In this document: positions 25,080-38,712 of the stretch, in pieces | How positions within the stretch are numbered: the stretch's first letter is position 1 | How the letters are laid out: each line of letters opens with the position of its first letter | Assembly (NCBI GenBank): GCA_000320545.1 | Contig: ADNK01001313.1 | Location: 27,457-91,456, forward strand | DNA: 64,000 bases | Direction: 5' to 3' | Source: Bigelowiella natans CCMP2755 | Taxonomy: Eukaryota; Protista; Cercozoa | The notes under the pieces: model-generated | The model's database searches: none | What the model was told of the DNA's origin: nothing | The model's input: only the letters and a program-made list of their open reading frames with translations | Made by a program: the position numbers and the translations under genes

Positions 25080-25860
25080 ATGTCACGCTGTGTTTGTTTT
25101 TGCGCTTTCGTGTCATTCATAATATTCATGTTGTCATTCTGAAACGCAATGCACGGCACATGCTAGCACACGTTGTTAGCAAATGACTTACGGCATTTTA
25201 ATCTCTAGATGCGTCCAGACGAAAGATTTAGCGCGCACGTACGATGGCGAATTTGAAGCAGCCACATGCTAGCATGGCCATTGCAGGGCTAGCTAGCTAG
25301 AGGGTGCCAAGCAAGCGCAAGCATGCATTTGCACCCGTGATTTTTGCTACGTCATTCTAGCAATCCATTTCTAGAGTTCAGCAGTAGGTCCGCAGTAGGT
25401 GACATTTTGAGGTGTGAATTTTTTGCATTTTTCCTTCCAAGAGCAGTAGGGAAATTTTTTTGGGGTGTGGTGTACGGTCTGCTGCGGGCTATCGGGGGAC
25501 TTGCCGTTTCGTCGCTAGTTCGCTCGCCCACATCCACCAGTGTCTACCAGCAGTTCGTTGCCCGCAGGCTAGTAGGTTGCAACTCAAATGTCCGTTAGCC
25601 ATGGCAAAGCTGCTGAGGATGCGATATGTAGCGCGTACGCCTCCCGCATTTCATTCCTAGCAGACCATCATGTTGAGTATCATCAACGTAAGCGCACACG
25701 TAAAGTTGTTGGGAGTTGCAACAATGCAGATCGCCAAGATGCATCCATGCCATGACGGCAGCATCCGTCATGATTTTCACTATGCCCTTTCCTGCTTCAA
25801 ATGACACGCGCATAGCCCTATTCCCCCCAGCTAGCGAGCTTGACGCCGTAATGTGGTAAT
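25080..25860. other. Convergent-junction island (G-alpha -> <- LamG gene)
   Basis: CATGCTAGCATG at 25265-25276, followed by gggctagctagctagaggg and gcatgcat. Confidence 0.8.
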
Positions 25861-26021
25861 TGTTTTTAATTGTAAATACATGTCAGGTGAGTGACCGGAA
25901 GTATTTCATTCGACACTTTTCTCTTTATGTTTTAAGAATCTCCATTTGTATCTGAGAATGCTTGAAATTGGGCTCTGCAACATCTACCAATTTATCAAGA
26001 CATTATTTTCCTTCGAAACTC

Positions 26022-27992
26022 TTATTGTGCCACCACCATCCCCTTGCAGCATAGCGCGACACCCCTTAGCTCGTTGGTCTTGATCTCGTAGTTAGAGGGC
26101 GGGAGGAGCGAAACACCGTTGGCGTCCTCCTACAATAATGTGTAAGTCAAATCAATAAAAAGTAACATTCAACAGAAACATAAAGGGTTCTATGTTCTAC
26201 ATGCTGCTGATACCCATTTCCATATCTTTGTGTCCATATCAATCCAGCCTAAGTTAAACGCTGCTGCTAGCCTACAGAGAGGAGGATAAACAGAGAGCAC
26301 AGGGAGGAAATACAATAATCAGCTATTATGCCTGACTCAATACACTTTGGGGGCAATATTCAGAATTCCGAGTCAATATAAAAAGTAATGAGGCTGTTCT
26401 TTTCGCCAGGATATCTCTTTCTCCCCGGCGAGGGACTCGATGATGAGTTTTTGAAAGTTTCTCATTGAAAGACAAAGTAAGCGTGTAAAAAGAAGCGGAA
26501 CAGAGAGAGAAATGGCCATGATGAGACAGGGTGAAAATAAAAATCTCTCTCTTAATGAATCCCTCTTCCTCCTCCTCTGAAAACGAATGCAACACATAGT
26601 ACACACGAACGACAACGAGGACAATACCCGCCCGCGAAGAGCTCCGCTTGCTTACAGACATGATAGTGAGTGGGGCCGACGATGTTGGTGCAGCTCTTGT
26701 TCGCATCAGTTACAAGACACTTCGCCTCTAGAGGACATCCCAGTCGCACGTATGATGGCGCCACCTGTTCCACAGCAATCATCCTTCACATATTGAACAC
26801 CGCCGCATTGTATACTTGACACGGCATGATATCGTCTACTAGCAGAATGCACCACACGCAGAAAAATATCATCTCCTTTCTCATTTAGTTAATATTGGCC
26901 GCATCCCATCATCTCTCCTTCAGTACAATCATTTGTGTGGATAATATCTAGGCCAATTGCCATACCGGCCCGAGGGAAGGGAAGCTATCAGCTTCGATCT
27001 CGTGAGTAGGTAGAGAACGCCCATAAAGCGTAACGTCATCTAAGAAACAGCAGCACCAACCCAACACTCAATGAAAAAGGATTTTTGAGATATAAGGGGG
27101 GATTGGATAGACAGAAAGAGGGAGAAAGAAGAGAGAAAGAGAGAGGGAGAGAGATCAGGATGGTGCGGAAAGCGATGCAGGTGGATTATAGGTGGATGAT
27201 AGAGTAGATAGGGGAGGAAAAGCAAGACCTATCAGCAGAGAAAGCGGGTGTGGAACAGTAACGTTGGGAGCCCCTCCAATATATAAGGGACTGCCTTCTC
27301 CCAGTGCTCCGGCCAGGGATACCTTAGCCTATGTTGCGATGGCGCATTATGATCATTATAGATGAACAACGACCCAGCAGCCAAGCAGAACGACAAAGGA
27401 ATGGGGATCTGTACTGTAGTCAAACGGTGGGGGATAGAGGGGGGGGGGGGGGGGGAGTACCTACGAGCCTACTTTGTACATGCACGCTCACATTTCTGCT
27501 CTGGTTTGCTTACTACCTCGAGTCGGGTGTCGAGGACTCCATTCACGTACAGCAACATGGCGGTGGGGCCTACCACACCTGCGACATGGTACCATTGCCT
27601 CCCTCGTAACACTGCGTGCGACCTTACCTGAGAGATCAACAACAACAACAACAACAACAACAACAAGGACAGGCCGCCATCGGTGAACCAGTACCGACAT
27701 TACCAACGATGAGGAAGAGCGATTAGCACTTTTTCGGTGATGGGTGCTGTTGAACCTCTTGGTCTACGGCATTGAAGACCACCTTCCCAGATGCCCCATC
27801 AATGCTGAGAGCGAAGTACCTATGATGATGATGATCGTGATCATTGGGGCAATTCATAGCAACAGTGGGGAGTCATCTTGATGATGATCAAGACCAACAT
27901 GATGATGATGATGATGATGATAATGAACATAACAGGCCTGCGATTCGCATTTTCCCGTTGCCTCATCCTCTCTCTTACCCCCCCCCCCCCCT

Positions 27993-28035
<43 letters not shown>

Positions 28036-28580
28036 ATATCTTGAATGTATTCATTTGCGAACGATGCTAAAATATTTACAGGTTCCTTCTGTCAGCGGGA
28101 GTGCCCTTTGAAACGAGGGGGTGCAACACCGCAGTAGTAGTGGTAGCGGTGCCCCTGCTGTCCACATCTTCGCGCCGTGGTCTCGATTGAGAGATATCAT
28201 CGCGGATATAGACCCACATCGACACAGATAACTCGCTCCTTGGCTGCCAACATCCATAGTGGTGAGAGCATTGGCAAAAAAAAAAACATCAACGTCTAAC
28301 TCACAGGCTGAGACGATATCGGAGAGAGGAGGAGGAGGAGGAGGAGGGGAGGGTCAACGAATGGCAGGCGAACGGTATATCACGCATGGTACCAAGAGTG
28401 TCGGAGAGTGGGGAACGAGCAAGTAATCCGTGGATTCCTGTTATATGTGTGGTGTGACTATTTGTGTTAAACGACAGTAACTCATCGTGATTTCTGGTCT
28501 ATCTTCCTTGGAAAACGGCGAAAGTGAGACTTCTCTTCAACAAGCCCAGAATGATTGCCAATGCTGCTAGCTACTCCTGC

Positions 28581-28612
<32 letters not shown>

Positions 28613-30045
28613 GCTACTGCTACAATCACCTACCAAAGAGATCTGCTTTTACTACAAATGCCCCTCTTCCTCCTACAACTACTACTGCTACTACTACTGC
28701 TGCTACTGTTACAACTACTCCTACTCCTACTTGAAAAGCAGCTGAAGATCCTGTCCCCATTCTTCCCGGTCCAGACGTAGCAATGGGGTGTGGACCGTGG
28801 TTATTATTCCCTGACACGTCGATGAGAAATTTCGCATCAAATGTGTATCGAGCCATCACTCCAGGAGGCATAGCGTCCGGGGCGATTACTTTTCGGCCGT
28901 CTGAGATCACATAAACGGTTTTCCATTAGACGGGACAGAGAACGATGATTTTGGTCATCACTGTTGTCGTAAAAGCCCTTCTTCGGGATAATTATATCGT
29001 CATCGAGAGATTCAAATTACATCTACGCTACCATACGCATTCTCTCGCTCTCTTACATGTCTGCTACCAAAGAGGCAGATCCCTTTCTCAAGCGATATGT
29101 CGCACATTGCATCTTCAATGCGCGTTTGCTGCCCTTCCTCCCTCCTTTCTCTGGCGACGGATTCTCGCATTGACGGCATCATTGACGAATATCTGTTTTT
29201 CTCTTGTCGCTCTTCCTTGATAGTAGATCTGTGTCCGTTGTTGTTATCGTTCTGGGCATGGTGAGAGGGTAGTCTAGGCGATGATGAAGATGTTGTCTTC
29301 AATGGAGAAGAAGAAGAAGATGACGATGACGACGACGACGATGATGATGATGATGATGATGATGGCAAAGGAGCCGGCCACGTGGAGGATGGCGATGATG
29401 GAAACGAGGAAGAGGAATATGGTGTGGTGGTGTTGTTGAGCACATGGCGTGTGCTCCGTCCATGATTTGAATAGCTATGAACATGAGGGTGGGAATTTTT
29501 TGAAGGAGGATGATTTATTTCGTGATAATGGTGATGATGACGTTGACTGTGTCGTTGCTCTGGATGCTGTTCGTGGTTCTTTCGATCGGTAAATAAAACA
29601 ATAGCAGTAGCTCCTATCAGATCGTCGTATTCCATCTGCCACCCCAACCCACCTCAACGTTTCCCTCCTCTCTCTCCTTGTGTAGCGTATATAATCTACA
29701 CATTCCCAAACTCGTCACAACCAACCTTATCATCTTACTCCCCTCATATCCCCCCCCCCCCCCCCCCCTCATCCCGTTCACTCTCTTTATCCAAATAAGG
29801 GTGTGATTTTGTTTTGTTGAACTATTCTTCGTTCGAGACGAAGCATCACCCACCTGTAGGATGACAAGCTTGGAATTGACCTTTGCTCCATGGGCAAGGG
29901 GCTGGTTGCTCATCATTCCAATAGCCATCGCCAGAGCAAGTACCATGCCTGCTCTACCTTTTCGACACAAGATCCACGGCTTGTTCGCGCGATGCCGCCT
30001 CTCTTGCTGGAGCTCCTGCCGCAAGGGAAGGGGGGGCAGCCCCAT
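26022..30045 (-). CDS. Secreted LamG/concanavalin-A-like domain protein with a Cys-rich C-terminal module; multi-exon, 5' exons uncertain (start 30045 or ~29946)
   Basis: Signal-like MVLALAMAIGMM... Exons read ARYTFDAKFLIDVSGNNNHG, SVSMWVY, WYHVAGVVGPTAMLLYVNGVLD, PLYIGG, DDVTLYGRSL..EI, YVRLGCPLEAKC..HVCKQAELFAG|GLAAAFNLGW..W|..GVALCCKGMVVAQ* (stop 26022-26024). Confidence 0.75.
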
Positions 30046-30255
30046 CGTTATTTGAAAAGTTTTTGAATTTTTGTATTTGACCTGATGAGGCTTTGAGGGC
30101 TACGAAGTTCCATTCACAGACGCTGTTATTGGAGATAATTTGGGTGCGACAACGATCACATTACGAAATGTATGAAATTAGGTCCATTTTTCGCGCGATC
30201 TTCAGACCATTTTCCAAATGTTATGCTTACAGGATTGGGTGTGCTCCTGACAACG

Positions 30256-32069
30256 ATGGCTTCCGTCCCTGATGCCTTTACTCCGAATCGGGCAGGTCAT
30301 AACAAGCACCAGGGCTCCTCCATTGACATGGTACCCATTTTATTTTTTGGTGTTGAGAACACCTGTGATAATATTTGCACGGAATATTTACATCTCCCCC
30401 CCCCTTCCCCCCCCCCAAACAAGCAGAGAGCCGAATCGTGGAGCTACGTCAACGACGGGAACGCCAATATAGTATTCTCGAACAGCCGTCGCCCTTCGCA
30501 GGTTTTACGAATACGAAAGTCGCTCCTACATGCCGCTGCTGAGAAGGACATTGAAAGGCTGAGGAAGGAATATATCGCATCTTATGGCTACGCATCTTCG
30601 ATTCTTCGCCCAATCATCGGCAATGAGTACGGCTGTGTAATGGCTAGCTGTAGGACCGTGCAACTCCTGCCTAAAGGCAGTAATTTTTTAAACAGCTTTT
30701 CTGAACTTCATCCTCTCCTCCTTCTGGTCCTCTTCCGTGCTAAATAAGAAGCCACTCAACGAGGAAAGCAACGTGACTGTGTGGCGATATGTACATCAGG
30801 TTTGTACCCAAATCACAGCTCGTATCCATTCCGCGCTCATTCGGCCTTGCGCTTGCTCGTAATGCTCGTCCGCTCCGTCCAAAAAATCGTATTGGAGAGG
30901 AAGGTCTCCCCCCCCCTGAGTCGTCGTCTCCCGAGAGCAACTGGATGCTCCCGGCAACGCTCGGTACACGCTGTAACGTGGGTACTGTCTCGTATATTTT
31001 ACCTTGATGAGGAACAATCTCCTCAAGAACCTTCTCAATAGTTGCTGTGTGTTGTTTTGCTTTGGTTGTTTATCTTATCTTTGGATATGGCGAATGGCGG
31101 GATGAATCAATGCGGCGTCTCACTGCCTTCTCCCCTCTCCATTCTGGATAATCTGTTACGCTGCTGTTCAAATAACGGATGATGATGCTGCTGCCGCTGC
31201 TGGGAACATCCATTATAACCGAATTTATATAATGCCTGTGACACTAGCCACAAATGTGCTGCACTCGACGTTTAACGGCGCTTCCTCGCCATCCCCATCC
31301 TCCTCTTCTCCCCCCCCTTCCCACGCTCTATGCATCGAACTAAAGCCGAAATGGGGGTACGTTCCATCCGTGCGATGCTTCCCGACGCCCAGTAGCAATG
31401 GTGCCAGTGATGATGGTGCGAAGGGTATAGACAAAGACGCTCAAGAAAGATCGTACTCACAATCGGTGGAACAGAAGAACTTGAAGACAAGCATGTGCCG
31501 AAAAACCGCGATTGGAGATGGGGGGAGGGGGAGACGAAGCACAGCCATGGTGGCCAGGAAGCTTGTAAGGGGCACTTGTCAGTTCTGCCTTCTGCAACCC
31601 GAAAAACTTCGTGTGAAAAAGGTGAAGCAGCTGAGCTCCTTCTGCCCTCTCAGCATATACTCGGAAGACGAGGAAAGGGTAGGTGCATTTATGATTAGGC
31701 ATTTAGTTTAAATACTGTATTATACTATGCTAAACATACATGGATAAAATCCAATCCTAACAAGAAAATACCGTGTATACCAAACGATAGATGCTTTGTC
31801 GCTAATTCGGGTGTTTTTGTTCTTCTTGTTCTTCTTCTTGTTGTTGTCCTTCTTGGTCGTTGTGGTTTGTGCGGATGGTATATGCCTCTGCCCCCACTCC
31901 TCGTCCTCCTCCTCCTCCTCCTCCTCATGTTTGTTGTAGATACAACACGCAATCGACTCACTGCTGGATACTCCACAGGTTTCTTTCTTCTTCTTCAACC
32001 TATTTTGTGGTCGTAAACGTTCGGAACTTACTTGTTACCACTCTACAACCACAGACGCTAACACCAATG

Positions 32070-32105
<36 letters not shown>

Positions 32106-33033
32106 CAGATATACACACACACACACACATTCACGTACATTTAACGCATACTAAGCACAATCTCGCTACCATATACAGAACAACCTGCAGCTCTTCGCTA
32201 TTCATTCCCACCCCGGTCATCTCCTCCCCTCCTCCTCATCGTCGGCCTCCTCTCCGCCCTCCGCATTTTCACGAATCGACATCAAAGAGGAGCCGTTGTT
32301 GCGGCAGTGCGTGGCCCGTGTTGCTAGAGGAGCAAAGAGGGAGCGAGCGGGGGAAAGGGGGGCGGATAGCAAAGGGAATAACGGTCAGGATGATAGGAAT
32401 AGTGATGCTTGTGGTGGAAGATGGGGTGATGATGATGATGATGCTTCTACTACCATCATCACGACGAAGAAAAATACAATGTCGTGGTCCCGGCGGTGGC
32501 TAAAAAGAGCGTTAAACGAAGTGCTAGGTAAAGACGACTGACCCCTCTAGATGGAAAATAGCTCTTTATTATAGGTGTAAGTAGTAACGTAGTAGTTGTA
32601 GTAGTAGTAGTAGAAGAAGAAGAAGAAGAAGAAGAAGTGGTAGTGACATTACTCCTTTCTCTCCATGCTTTCTCTGACTCCCCCCTTCCGTCCCTTCGTT
32701 AGCATCATCATCATCATCGTTGTTATTTGTTGCTGGCGATATTGTCCTTATTATCGAAACTGCCAACACCCCATTCTTATCTCGGAATAATAGCACCATC
32801 TCCTCTTTCTAGGGAGCGCCTCTGCCTCCCTCACCGCCCTTCCTTCGCGCCTTACTTGCACTGATTTTTCCTGCAATCGTTTCATTACTAACGGAGTAGT
32901 CTCCCCGGCAATGAGGCGGCTGCTTCAACGGTTGCGTGTCGCGCAGCAAATCTTTGATCACAGGCATGGGGCCAAAGGCATTAGAAGGTGAAAACCAGTA
33001 GTCATTAGAACAGTAGTAGTAGTAGTAGTAGCT

Positions 33034-33064
<31 letters not shown>

Positions 33065-33229
33065 CAGCAGTAGATCACAGTCTTTGATTGGCCCTCCTCT
33101 TTTCCTTCTCATTCTGCTCACAGAGTCTTCGAGGCGGTGCTGCACAAAGACATGAAGGTGCATGTGGCATTTACAAACACAGAAAGCTATCCATAGATGC
33201 GCTTGTAATAAATGCATAAATTAACACTT

Positions 33230-33273
<44 letters not shown>

Positions 33274-33807
33274 CACGAGCGCGTGCATTTGTGTTGTGCG
33301 TATTTAAATGATACTATTTGACGAATTGAGTATTCTTGTGTGTGGCATCCTTTCATCAGGGCAGCATAAGTACCCTAGAAGCTCGCATACGTGATCGCAT
33401 TCAAAGCACGAAGCTAAGGTTAATGCTGCTGCTGCTGCTGATACTGATGTAAAGCAAGAGCACAAGCCTAAAATATACATTGAGCGCGCATATCATTTAT
33501 TTACTTATGGATGTGGATAAATAATGCGGCGCAAGTGCTTAACCTCTTCAGATAATCCGAGTAATTGACTGGGCTCTGTGCCCCCCCTCTCCCTCTCTCT
33601 GGTGTTTCTCTCCTATCCATCAGGGAGGGCATACTAGGCCACTTTGCTGTAGCGCTCAAGGAAGATCGGTCGGTCAGCATAAGTCCCGTATCCAAATCGA
33701 AGGACACACTTATCATTTCTGACCTGCGGCGATGCCAAGTGTAACATAAACTGCCATAAGTCTCCCTCAGAGATAGTTCTTTGTAGACTAAAAGTAACCC
33801 TCCCCCT

Positions 33808-33849
<42 letters not shown>

Positions 33850-33904
33850 ACGCAACTGCAAGGGGCTTCAATATAACCGAGTCGTTCGTGCACTGAATCA
33901 CATG

Positions 33905-33946
<42 letters not shown>

Positions 33947-34874
33947 TTAAATATACATATGTGTGTGTTTGTGTGTTTGTGTGTGTGTGTGTGTGTTGTG
34001 GGCGCGCGTGCGTGTGTGAACACCGGTAACAACTTAGGAAAGAAGTCCCAGTATGTGCAAGAATAACAGAGGATTGGTGGAGAAGAAGTATCAAGGGAGA
34101 GGAAGAAGAAGAAGAAGAGGGACAGCGTGAGGATGAGGAGGAGGAAGAGAAGGGAGAGGGGGGGGAGGAGGGAAATGATGTGGCTACCAAGGACAGCAGC
34201 AGCTATGACACGGCACGTCGGTTGGATATTTTGTGCAAATATCTCCTCTCCCGCACGCTCAGGGTATCTGTTCCTTCCGGTAGCAGTACAATATCTTAGC
34301 TTTCCACACTCCTCCTCTCCCCCCTATCTCCTTTTGTTTTCCCTTGATTTCCCTTAAGAGACAGCTGATTACTTCCAAAATGCCCCCCCCCCTTCCCCCC
34401 CCTCTTTCAATAGGATGTGTCCATTATGCTCACTGTACTACCGGGAGCAGGGCAACGTGATAACATGTCGACTGAAAAGAACGATGATGAGAAAATAGCG
34501 ACTACACCAAGGCAGCATGGAAACTCCCTCCCCCCTCCTACATCCCCTTCATGTCCCGACGACAGTCTGCGTGGAGTGAATATAACGGTGGAGGGAAAGT
34601 GCTATGTCGTCCAGGTACATTATTATTGTGACTCATTGAACGATAGGAATACGCCATCATCATCATCATCATCATCAAGCATCATCCCCACTTCATTACT
34701 CCGACATATTCTCTTTTTTACCCTTTCCTCCTCCTCCCCTCCTCTTCCTCCTCCTTTTCAGATAGCTGTGGTGGATCTGGACAGGAAGGCTGTAGCAAAG
34801 GCAAGTTGGAATTAGCAGCACCGAAGTTATAACATGAATGGGAGTCAATTGTGATCAGAAAATACCTTTTTTTG

Positions 34875-34929
<55 letters not shown>

Positions 34930-35038
34930 AAAGTCCTTAACACGTCCTCCTCCTTTTCAGATCCCAAAATATTGTGTTATTGAAGAAACTGCGATCAAGT
35001 CCTTGCGGTCGTATCTCACCGGCAGTCGCAGCACGTAA
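30256..35038 (+). CDS. IPPK: Inositol-pentakisphosphate 2-kinase (IPK1/IPPK family), multi-exon
   Basis: WSYVNDGNANIVF, IELKPKWGY, CQFCLLQ, FCPLSIYS..ERV, QNNLQLF, YLLSRTLR|DVSIML, IAVVDLDRK..K|IPKY..* (stop 35036-35038). Last intron 34801-34960 is GC-AG. Confidence 0.85.
34878..34931. repeat. (AG)n microsatellite in the GC-AG intron
   Basis: Seen directly. Confidence 0.9.
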
Positions 35039-35149
35039 GAGCAGCTCATATTTGTGATGTAATGAAAATGACAACAGATTCATATTTATGACGACCGATG
35101 ATTCACCTTTAGGTAACAATATAAGATTAGATAATCTAGTGCATATGTA

Positions 35150-35910
35150 AATACATTGTCAAGTCGGCCTAGCGTCGAACATCATGTGCGTAAATCAGGG
35201 CAATATGACACCGAGAATCTGCTGTACAGCACACACGTATAGCGCTGCGCCCCATGTCTATTACTCTACAGCTATACACAGCCGGAAGGAACTGGATACA
35301 GCCGCTGTGTTGATGATGATATACGTTGACACATCGTATCATGCGCATGCTAGCATGACGCTATACCGCCATGTGTCAAGTACATGTGACATTTTCTTGC
35401 ATTGGTGTCCATGTAATATATTTTCACAGCGCATGTGACCGATTGACGCACGTCTATATGCCCTGGATTGTAGCGACAATATTATGCGCCTGAGTGCCTT
35501 CAGTCACAATATTTTGGCCGTATTATCCGTTCGGCACAATAGACACTAGTAATACGGGATATATATTAGTATCATAATATATTAGTATAATAATATATAT
35601 ACCGGATTACGAGTCTATTGTCGCGGCATGCGACGCGGCACCAGATCGACGCACCAATCTAGCAATGAGCTATGTAGTCAGTACCTTAGAAGCAAACGCC
35701 GCGGCGAGGCTTGCTGACTTGATGCGAGCTAGGCACGCAGAGGTGTGCAGTTATACAACTGGCTATAGCTGGGCATGCTCTAGACACTACATAATACGAC
35801 AAAGACACGTAACTCTGACTTTGAGGAAGCGCAGTAAACACGACAGCAAGATTAAATGTAAGCACAAACAAGCAACATGATCGCCATAGCCGCCACGCAT
35901 GAATTGTGAA
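35150..35910. other. Convergent-junction island (IPPK -> <- beta-helix gene)
   Basis: CATGCTAGCATG at 35346-35357; many CATG, CTAG and GCTA. Confidence 0.8.
35536..35621. repeat. 86-bp imperfect palindrome (hairpin)
   Basis: acaatagac (35536-35544) pairs with gtctattgt (35613-35621). The inner arms match 18/21 around an AT-rich loop. Confidence 0.75.
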
Positions 35911-36018
35911 GCCACATGGATCTAGGCTAAGAAACTACTTGAAGAATGTAGAGTACTCTTAATAATGACCGTCTCAGGTATGGTCAAGCTATGCGTGCCG
36001 CATGCGCACATGTATATC

Positions 36019-38310
36019 TCACTCACATCCTTCGACGTTTGCATCGACCACCCCTCTCCACTCATCGGTGATCTGGGTGACGTTAGCACTAATGAATGAT
36101 TCGCACCGACAGTACGAATTGCCAACGATGACGTTGTAAACAGGATAGCCCAATCGTCCATCCACCCCAATATTGGCTAGTTCTGGGTACCTCACCGCCC
36201 AAGGGTTTGTGGTGACAAATGATCCAGGATGCAGCAGGTCATCGTCCGAGCCACCGACCGAATGCCACAGCGTCGGCGCCATCTTCCCAGTCCAGATTGG
36301 GCAGTTCGGATAGCAGTCCTTGTCGAAAGAGCTCACCCCGCGGCTGTCGAAGTGAATTGCGAGGTCGCAGTCCGAGAACGAGTTGAACTTGACGTGGTTG
36401 TGGCGCCCCCCTCCCATGACGATGCCTGTTTGGCAGTCGTGAAAGCTGTTGTTGTAGACTTGGAATCCCGACATCTCGTCATCAAGGTACACCCCTTGCA
36501 CACTAGGGACCCCGAGGAAGACAGGCACGCGCGTTCGGATAGACGAGAACGTGTTGAACCGGATCACGTTCCCTCGATGAGCCCAGTTTCGGCCCGTGTA
36601 GAATGCCCCGGAGTCATCTACCTCAAACCCACAACGTGCTACGAAATTGTGCTCGAAAAGCAGGTCGTTACCACCGCCCTGAACTGCCGAGTGAGGGGCG
36701 TCTGTGATGGTGTTGTTGTGGACCCAGTGACCCACACCCCGCCAACTGATTCCTGGCGTGTACGTGCGCGTCCAACGAGAAAAATTGCTCAGAAAGCTCC
36801 CAGAAATCTCATTCTGAGACCCGGTTAAGGATGGGGTGTCGCCTCCTGCAAGCACGACAGCGGAACAGCCTGTATTGAGTACCCTGCTGTCGATGAGGCG
36901 CACGGAAGAGCCGTCAAGAATGGCACCCTCTTTTGTTGCTCCCATAACCTTTACATCCCGCATTGTCACGTTGAACCCGCCTCTTACATGGATCAACGAG
37001 CGGCGTGAGTAGCGAAAATCGATGCCCTCAAAGCTCACGTGGGAAACAGACTCCAGGCATAGCGCCCCCTCGCAGCACTGCTGACCGGAAGAAGAAGAGG
37101 AGGAAAGCGAGCAGCCGTCTTCAGGAAATGTCGAAATGTAAATTTCGTCCGCGGTCGGATCCAACCTCCCTTCTGGCGGGATGAACGATAGAACTCCCGA
37201 TTCTACGTCAATGTAGTATTCCCCGGGAACATCCAACTCGGAGAGAGCATTGACCGCCATTACCCTAGCTTTTTTTCTGAATCCATAGACTGGCGGCGTT
37301 TCCGGGCTCGCAAACACCGTGAGGCTTGCAGGATCGAACTTTTCCGCGGCTATGTATGAATCAGCCCAGTCATAGGACCAATATCCGTGGAAAAACAGAG
37401 CACTCTCCTTCGCCCAGGCGGTGGCCCTCTTTGCTACCTCCCCCGTGGGATCAGCGAGGGAGAAGGAGGTCGATGAATTTTCGACTGAGGCTATATTCAT
37501 CCAGTTGTTGTACCCGGAGGATGTGTTTATGTTTGGAAACCTCGCAAGAGTGAGTGGGGCGCCGTTCACAAAGACTTCAGCCCGGTCGGTATTGCAACCA
37601 CCGAGCCCGCCAGGGCGCAGCGAACCGAATTCACGCAGCCCGAGGGCCGATGTGAGGTTCACAGTGCAGACTTGGAGCTGCTGGAGCTGCTGCTGAGCAA
37701 ATTGCATCCTGCTGCTACGACAAGCAAACTTACTGGCATCGATCTGCATGCCGAGCGTGACCAGTGGCCGACCTACCAACACACCACAGATTTGTCTCTA
37801 AGCTGGGCGATTGTATGTGTGAATGCAACGTTTATGGGAGTAAGGCTACACATAGAAGCTCCCCCCCCTCCCCCCTCCCCCCTCCCTTTCAATTCAATCT
37901 CCCTCTTGGAGACCTTGATCGTTGTCAGAAGGCGGATGGAAGATGATTGGGGAACCCTCCACTCCGCTGTGCGAGGCATTTAGCTTATGCTGGCCTGTGA
38001 ATGGTCCTGTGGGAAGCAGATACACGTGGATTGCTCCTTCTACGCCTTGGGATTGGGATAATCGAGCTGCGCTTGCTGCCTTATCCGCTGCATTCACGAG
38101 GCTTTGAACCGGTGAAGTCTTGCTACCATCATTTCTGTCGTCTCCGGACACCGGATCCACCCAAAACTCCCGCTGAATCGACGTTCCCATCGAAGCAATT
38201 GCTCCCGTGGAAACAACAGTCGACATTATCGTCACCATTGCGAAGAGGAGCCGGCAGGATAAATGCCGTTTCTCCATCATGATTGGACTGCACAGAGCTT
38301 TGAGAAACAC
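36019..38310 (-). CDS. Secreted right-handed parallel beta-helix protein, GH141-like; 2 exons (intron 37913-37773)
   Basis: Signal-like N-terminus, then FWVDPVSGDDRNDGSKTSPVQSL, LARFPN, HGYWSYDWAD, beta-helix repeats (HNNTITDAPHSA, DDSGAFYTGR, GVYLDDEMSG, MGGGRHNHV). Spliced frame ..DNDQ|GRPLVTLG... Confidence 0.78.
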
Positions 38311-38712
38311 AAATGGAATCTGAGAAGATAGGGGCGAGGGTCAACAAGGGATACTTTCTTGAAGTACTTCCTAGGTCTGTTCATTCCTAGCTCATTGCTA
38401 CTCGTACAAGCATAAATATCGGTGCGATTAGACCTATATCAACTATCACATGGTGTGTCTATACCTCCTATGTCGTTGGATTGTGGGGGTGCACACCCAC
38501 CTAGATCTAGATCTACGTTGATAAAAACCTAGGCCATTTTTTTACCAGGATAACAACCTAGATTTTTATATTTATCACCGTGAAACACATGACGTTGAAA
38601 CAAAATGCTATTCATTTTCACTCAAAATCGTCTAATCCGAGATTAGAAAGGGTCTTTGTCGTAGAAGAGGAATGCTCTGAACTAACCACATAAATACAAT
38701 GCTCCTGACATA

